Positions 58,893 to 64,000 of a stretch of 64,000 bases of DNA are shown piece after piece (positions within the stretch are counted from its first letter, which is position 1; each line of letters opens with the position of its first letter). This DNA is from Leptospiraceae bacterium (GTDB taxonomy: Bacteria; Spirochaetota; Leptospiria; Leptospirales; Leptonemataceae). The stretch is taken from positions 448,001-512,000 of the forward strand of contig JAVJNR010000005.1 in assembly GCA_040217195.1 (NCBI GenBank), in the 5' to 3' direction. A program made the translations under genes and the position numbers. Under the pieces are notes generated by a model. That model saw only the letters and a program-made list of their open reading frames with translations. It ran no database searches and was not told the DNA's origin.

Positions 58893-61184
58893 ATGCTACA
58901 AATAACATTCTTCACATTTGGTACATCCATTGTGGCCATCTTCATGTTTGTGATGGCCTTGCTTTTGTTGCGAATCAAGAAAAGAGCCTATTCTACCAAT
59001 TTTCTGGCCGCAACATATCTATTGATCGGATTCCATGCACTGGCTTTCGTCATGGCTTCGTCGGTAACGCACCCGGCGGGTGCCTATCATCGCTGGATGG
59101 TTTTGCTAGTAGTGCCGGCTCTTTCGTGCATGACGCACTTCTTTTTTCATTATCCGCATCCCAGGTCAACTCAATGGGGAAGCAGGATATTCACTCTCCA
59201 GATATTGGCCTGGCTACTTTTCTGCGGATACTATATATGGAAAACTCTATCTGTCCAGCCCAGCTTCGATTCTGCAGAACATAGCTGGGTATTTCCCGTA
59301 CCAAACGCCAACAAAGCACTCGGAATCATGCTTATGGTCTATATGTTAGGCGTTGTAATCGCCGGCATCTGGAGAGCTTCTAGAAAAGAGCCCGGAGCGC
59401 GAACTGCCTGGATGTTTCTGACTCTCTTTTTGCTCTTAATCGTTCCTCCTGTGGTGGCCAACGGATTAAGTCGAGCAGGCATCATCAGCCGGGCGACCTT
59501 TCTAAGTATCTATATCTTCTTCATGGTACCTGGTGCCTTTTCTCTCTTGATACTTTACATCAATACTACCAATGACCGCACCAGATTTATTGGAAGAATC
59601 GTAGCCGTTTGCCTGGGCTCCTTTCTGCTCCTATTCTACTGGGCCGCACTGATTCAATTGCCCATCCTGGAAAAGAATTACGATCAGATTCATCTGCAGA
59701 AATCCTTTCAGGCAGTGTATGAGGATTCCGCGCAATCCGGGTTCTCGGTCCAGGCGATAGATCATGCGAAGTATGAGTTTCTGGAAACCGGGGCCGTCAC
59801 AGAGCGAAAATCTGCGCAGAAGGTGCACAGCGAGCCCATAAATCTATCAGATTCTCAGCTCAGGAGCTCCGGTCTGCTGGCCAGAAACTTTCGGCTAGTC
59901 AAACTGAACTCAAATGGTGCTCCAGCAACCATATCCTATCTCATTGAAGACACATCCTCCAGCACTCTGTACGAAATAGACTTTCAGTATTTAGACTATC
60001 GCGCCTATCTTCATGATGCTATGGGAAGGTACGTCCTGGTGCTTTTCCTTGCATTGTTTGTAGTCCTGGCAGGATTCCGGTTTTTCTTTAAAGGGGCGAT
60101 CTGGAATCCGCTACAATCCTTGCTCACAGGTATTCGCAAGGTTAATGAAGGCGATTTAAGCATTAGAATTCCTTTCAGGGTAAAAGATGAAATAGGTTTT
60201 CTTACAGAAACTTTCAATCAGATGGTAGAATCCATTCAGGATGCCAGGCATGCATTGGCCAACCATGCAGAAACTCTGGAAATCGAAGTAGATCGAAGAA
60301 CCATGGAGCTGCAGGAACTTCTGGAGCAGCAACGCGGGGATTATTACCTAACGTCCCTTCTATTAAAGCCATTCGGACGAAGCAGGATGCTCAATTCATC
60401 CGTGGGCATCGAATTCTTAACTCATCAAAAGAAGCAATTCTCCTTCAAGAATCAAGAATATGAAATTGGAGGAGATCTTTCCATGGCAGATCGAATCACC
60501 ATCGAGAACCGACCGTTTACAGCCTTCGTAAACGCGGATGCAATGGGAAAATCCATCCAGGGGGCTGGAGGCGCCATCGTCATGGGCTCCGTCTTTGGTG
60601 CAATTCTACAGAGAGGACAAACTCCAGAAACGGCCAGACTCTACAATACGCCGGAAAGATGGCTCGTGGCTGCCTATCGCGAGCTAAGTCGTGTTTTTGA
60701 GATGTTCGACGGGAACATGCTAATTACAGCCATCATTGGCCTGGTGGATGAAGAAAGCGGCACCGTCTATCTGGTCAATGCAGATCATCCGTTTCCAGCT
60801 GTTCTGCGAAAAGGCCGTGCTAGCTTTCTTCGCATGCGAGATGTTCAGGGGCGCCTGGGCATGCCTCCGGAAACAGGCAATAAATTTGTAGTACATACCT
60901 TCAAGCTCCAGGCCGGCGATGCCATGTTTCTTGGCTCGGATGGAAAGGATGATCTGGAGCTGGAACCTGCTAGCGATGGAACCAGATCCATAAACGATGA
61001 TGATCGAGTATTTCTCAAACAGATCGAAAAGCACAGTGGCGATCTGCAGTCCATCTATAAAGGCTTGCGAGAGGTAGGTTCCATAACCGACGACCTCTCT
61101 CTGGTTAAGATAGAGTTTTTTCCTGTGCGCACCAACGGGCAGATGCCTTCAGCACCACCTTCGGCATCCGTTCAGACTATCTAA
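58893..61184 (+). CDS. Multi-TM sensor-HAMP-SpoIIE/PP2C serine phosphatase
   Basis: About 7-8 N-terminal TMs, HAMP (DEIGFLTETFNQM), PP2C motifs IGGDL, NADAMGKSIQGAGGA, GSDG, TDDLSL. Confidence 0.9.
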   Translation: MLQITFFTFGTSIVAIFMFVMALLLLRIKKRAYSTNFLAATYLLIGFHALAFVMASSVTHPAGAYHRWMVLLVVPALSCMTHFFFHYPHPRSTQWGSRIFTLQILAWLLFCGYYIWKTLSVQPSFDSAEHSWVFPVPNANKALGIMLMVYMLGVVIAGIWRASRKEPGARTAWMFLTLFLLLIVPPVVANGLSRAGIISRATFLSIYIFFMVPGAFSLLILYINTTNDRTRFIGRIVAVCLGSFLLLFYWAALIQLPILEKNYDQIHLQKSFQAVYEDSAQSGFSVQAIDHAKYEFLETGAVTERKSAQKVHSEPINLSDSQLRSSGLLARNFRLVKLNSNGAPATISYLIEDTSSSTLYEIDFQYLDYRAYLHDAMGRYVLVLFLALFVVLAGFRFFFKGAIWNPLQSLLTGIRKVNEGDLSIRIPFRVKDEIGFLTETFNQMVESIQDARHALANHAETLEIEVDRRTMELQELLEQQRGDYYLTSLLLKPFGRSRMLNSSVGIEFLTHQKKQFSFKNQEYEIGGDLSMADRITIENRPFTAFVNADAMGKSIQGAGGAIVMGSVFGAILQRGQTPETARLYNTPERWLVAAYRELSRVFEMFDGNMLITAIIGLVDEESGTVYLVNADHPFPAVLRKGRASFLRMRDVQGRLGMPPETGNKFVVHTFKLQAGDAMFLGSDGKDDLELEPASDGTRSINDDDRVFLKQIEKHSGDLQSIYKGLREVGSITDDLSLVKIEFFPVRTNGQMPSAPPSASVQTI

Positions 61185-61203
61185 CTTAAAATAGGAGAGT
61201 TAA

Positions 61204-62139
61204 ATGCAAAGTTCGCTTCTTCTGGAGTTGGTTTTACCAATTTCATTGTTTATCATTATGTTCGGTATGGGTTTGTCCCTGAGCATTCCGGATTTCACCC
61301 GAATTGCACGGTACCCCAGGGCTGTGGCCGTCGGACTCACCGCGCAGATATTTCTGTTACCTGTCATAGGGCTGGGAGTTGCAGAAGCATTTTCCCTGGA
61401 GCCATTGCTGGCCACAGGGCTGATGATTCTGGCTTTTTGCCCCTCTGGCGCAACATCCAATATGTATAGCTACATCTTCAAGGGCGATGTAGCACTTTCG
61501 CTGACCATGACAGCACTGATCAGTATTATCAAGCCATTCACTCTACCCTTTCTGGCTTACTATGCGATGCTTCATTTCCTGGGAGAGGGTATGATCATAG
61601 ACCTCCCCATTGGGAAAACCATCGCGCAACTTTTTATCATCACAGTACTTCCAGTTCTGATCGGTATGGTGGTAAGATACTATGCACATCGATGGGCCAC
61701 AAAGTTTGAAAAATACGTAAAGGTTTTCTCCGTGGTTATTCTGTTTGCAATCATCGGAGGGTTGATACGGCAGAATTGGGATCAAATGGTCGGCTTTTTT
61801 GCCCAGGCAGGGGCAGCCGCCATGACTCTAAACATTGTATCCATTACAGTGGGATTCTTGCTGGCACTGCTCATTCGCCTGGACAGAAAACAATCCATCA
61901 CAATAGCTTTTGAACTGGGTATCCAGAATGGAACCACAGCTTTGCTGGTAACTGGAACGATCCTGAAAGAACCGGCCATGACTGTGGTACCTGTGACCTA
62001 CAGTCTATTAATGTTTATTACCGCTCTGGTCTTTGGACTATCCATGCGATACTTATTTCGCGATCCTCGCAAGGAAAGCGATGTAGAATCTTCCAACACT
62101 CCCGACGCCATGGTAGCTTCTTTGCGAAATCGACCATGA
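61204..62139 (+). CDS. Bile acid:sodium symporter (BASS/SBF) family transporter
   Basis: IMFGMGLSL, CPSGATSN, KGDVALSL, ELGIQNGT. Confidence 0.92.
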   Translation: MQSSLLLELVLPISLFIIMFGMGLSLSIPDFTRIARYPRAVAVGLTAQIFLLPVIGLGVAEAFSLEPLLATGLMILAFCPSGATSNMYSYIFKGDVALSLTMTALISIIKPFTLPFLAYYAMLHFLGEGMIIDLPIGKTIAQLFIITVLPVLIGMVVRYYAHRWATKFEKYVKVFSVVILFAIIGGLIRQNWDQMVGFFAQAGAAAMTLNIVSITVGFLLALLIRLDRKQSITIAFELGIQNGTTALLVTGTILKEPAMTVVPVTYSLLMFITALVFGLSMRYLFRDPRKESDVESSNTPDAMVASLRNRP

Positions 62140-62149
62140 ACTCACCCTT

Positions 62150-62178
62150 GCGGAGGCTACGGCCTCCGCCCTTTTTTT
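62150..62178 (+). terminator. Intrinsic terminator after the BASS gene
   Basis: GCGGAGGC-TACG-GCCTCCGC then CCTTTTTTT, 10 nt after the stop. Confidence 0.85.
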
Positions 62179-62476
62179 ATCCCATTGATTCATTGTATTA
62201 ATCCGTTCTCCTGGCAAAATCAAGACATCACATTCTTTGATCCATTTGTTAATACATTCTATTGCTCTATTGATATTGCCTTTATCCTGACAAACCACAC
62301 TCGGATGGATATAAAGCTATCAAGACTCGCTGGAAACTGTTCTGATTGTTCCAGGTAGGCTCCCGCCATTTCAGTATTCTGTTTTTCATCAAGCCAGGCA
62401 AATAACTGAATATTCAGCCCTTGCCATTTGGAATGGCTGGTCTGCTTTTTGCGAACAACATCCTTCAAGGGATGAC

Positions 62477-64000
62477 TTACTCCATTCCCAGATGCCGCAT
62501 CTGGTACTGTAATTTTCCTCTGGAAATATGCAGGTATCGCGCTGCTTCGGACTTGTTTCCATCGCAATGATTTAGCGCTGCTTCTATCATTCTTCGGGAG
62601 TAAATGGCTATCTGCTCTTCAAATCCAGCTGCGGCCACAGACTCATTTCCATTGGCTCTAGGGGCTGCCGGAACCGAGATAGTTCGATTGGAAACTCGCA
62701 TGGACTCCGGCACATCACCGGCTTCAATGCGGTCTGAGTCCAGATTGGCCATAATTCGAATAATGCAATTTTCCAGCTCTCGAATGTTTCCAGGCCATTC
62801 ATATTCAACCATCATAGCCATGGCTTCATCGCTAAGCTCCGGACATTCCAGATCCATTTGATCAGAATATCGATTCAAGAAACCCTGAATCAGATGCGGA
62901 ATATCCGATCGGCGCTCTCTTAATGGAGGGATGCGTACTTCAAAAACATTGATTCTATAATATAGATCTTCGCGAAATGTACCATCTGCAACCATGGACT
63001 TCAAATCCCGGTGTGTAGCAAATATGATTCGACAGGTAGCCAGTAGCTCATCCCGGCCCCCCAGACGCTTGTATTTGCCTTCCTGCAGCAGACGCAGTAT
63101 CTTGGGCTGAATCTCCAGGGGCATTTCGCCAACTTCATCAAAGAACAGTGTTCCTCCATTCGCTTCTGCGACATGGCCGGCGTAGTCTGAACGTGCGTCC
63201 GTGAAGGCCCCCCGTACATGCCCAAATATCTGACTTTCCCAGAGGGTAATGGGCACCGCAGCACAGTTTATTGGAACGAACGGCCCGCCTTCTGGATGAC
63301 CTTCATGGTGCAAAAGGGCTGCGATGAGCTCCTTACCCGTTCCTGTCTCTCCGTTAATTAATACAGGTTGCCGACGCTGGGCAATTCGCTTCACTCGTTC
63401 CACTGCAGCATGCATGCTTCGGCTGGCATATATTAAACTCTTGTCGCCCAGCTTTCGCTCCTCTGGCGCTGCATCAAAAATAGAGTCCGACTCCAGAATG
63501 GTTCTTTCCAGGCTGGTGGTGTACTGCCTCAACTCGTCCCGGGCATCTCGAATGGATTTAACCATGGAATTGAATGCCTTTCCCAGTTGGCCCAGCTCAT
63601 CGCTTCCTTCTGCTCTTAGCTGAACACCCAGTTCCCCGCCCTGCACCTGATCCACGGCAGAAAGCAACGAATCCAGAGGCTTAAGCAAAGCCATTCGCAT
63701 AAAATACAAAAGACCGGCTGTCAAAATCAGGAATGATAATAACATGAGGCCCACCCATCCCAGTAGATAATCATGTATCAAAGACCGATAGGACAGATAG
63801 GGAAGTGCTATCTCAGTGTTTCTTTCCTGATTCCAGAACAATACCTCGGGATGCAAACCGGGAGGGCTATAGAAGCCCCAGTAAAGGGTCGCACTGTTTT
63901 GATTCGTGCGAAGATACTCATTGTTCCGTTCCCGGATTTCCCCGGCGTACAGCGCCTCATCAGGTGCAGACTGGCCCTGGTATTCAGCCAACAGGCGAAA
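62477..64000 (-). CDS. Membrane-anchored HAMP-containing sigma54 enhancer-binding protein (AAA+, Fis HTH); 5' end lies outside the window
   Basis: TM + HAMP (DELGQLGKAFNSM), GETGTGKE, INCAA, GAFTDA, FFDEVGE, FREDLYYRI, WPGNIRELEN, GNKSEAARYLHISR; frame is open to the window edge. Confidence 0.93.
   Translation of the reverse strand, partial: FRLLAEYQGQSAPDEALYAGEIRERNNEYLRTNQNSATLYWGFYSPPGLHPEVLFWNQERNTEIALPYLSYRSLIHDYLLGWVGLMLLSFLILTAGLLYFMRMALLKPLDSLLSAVDQVQGGELGVQLRAEGSDELGQLGKAFNSMVKSIRDARDELRQYTTSLERTILESDSIFDAAPEERKLGDKSLIYASRSMHAAVERVKRIAQRRQPVLINGETGTGKELIAALLHHEGHPEGGPFVPINCAAVPITLWESQIFGHVRGAFTDARSDYAGHVAEANGGTLFFDEVGEMPLEIQPKILRLLQEGKYKRLGGRDELLATCRIIFATHRDLKSMVADGTFREDLYYRINVFEVRIPPLRERRSDIPHLIQGFLNRYSDQMDLECPELSDEAMAMMVEYEWPGNIRELENCIIRIMANLDSDRIEAGDVPESMRVSNRTISVPAAPRANGNESVAAAGFEEQIAIYSRRMIEAALNHCDGNKSEAARYLHISRGKLQYQMRHLGME

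Noticed and set aside
62180..62476. Minus-strand ORFs 62259-62567 and 62053-62298 between the BASS and bEBP genes
   Set aside because: They overlap real genes and have no credible start or motif; a relic is possible but cannot be supported

Overview
Chromosomal window (roughly 50% GC by eye) from a spirochaete of the family Leptospiraceae. This is inferred from gene content and order: rimP-nusA-infB-rbfA-truB-rpsO-pnp-dut-ftsK-lolA-rodZ, tolC/ubiA/fmdB/lpxI/lpxB, spirochaete-type lipoproteins, a membrane-bound AraC regulator and a HAMP-SpoIIE sensor. The left half is mostly housekeeping. The middle has icmF, a CASTOR/POLLUX-like channel, hydrolases, msrA, hslVU, alaS and yajQ. No rRNA, tRNA, CRISPR array, transposase or phage gene was recognised. 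Two loci stand out. (1) At 57.5-64 kb is a probable self-contained sigma54 system: two back-to-back -24/-12 promoters flank repeated TTGATTGA/TTGA-N6-TCAA boxes. They drive an orphan beta-barrel protein leftward and a 7TM-HAMP-PP2C plus a BASS symporter rightward, next to a membrane-anchored HAMP-bEBP that shares a sensor/TM/HAMP segment with the phosphatase. (2) At 39-42 kb is a GT4 glycosyltransferase / metallophosphoesterase / 'hypothetical' operon in which the hypothetical protein carries a clear Pol-beta nucleotidyltransferase motif. Three probable gene relics were also found. Where a downstream start codon looked more plausible than the ORF-track start, I used it. All calls come from motif recognition by eye; no searches were run.
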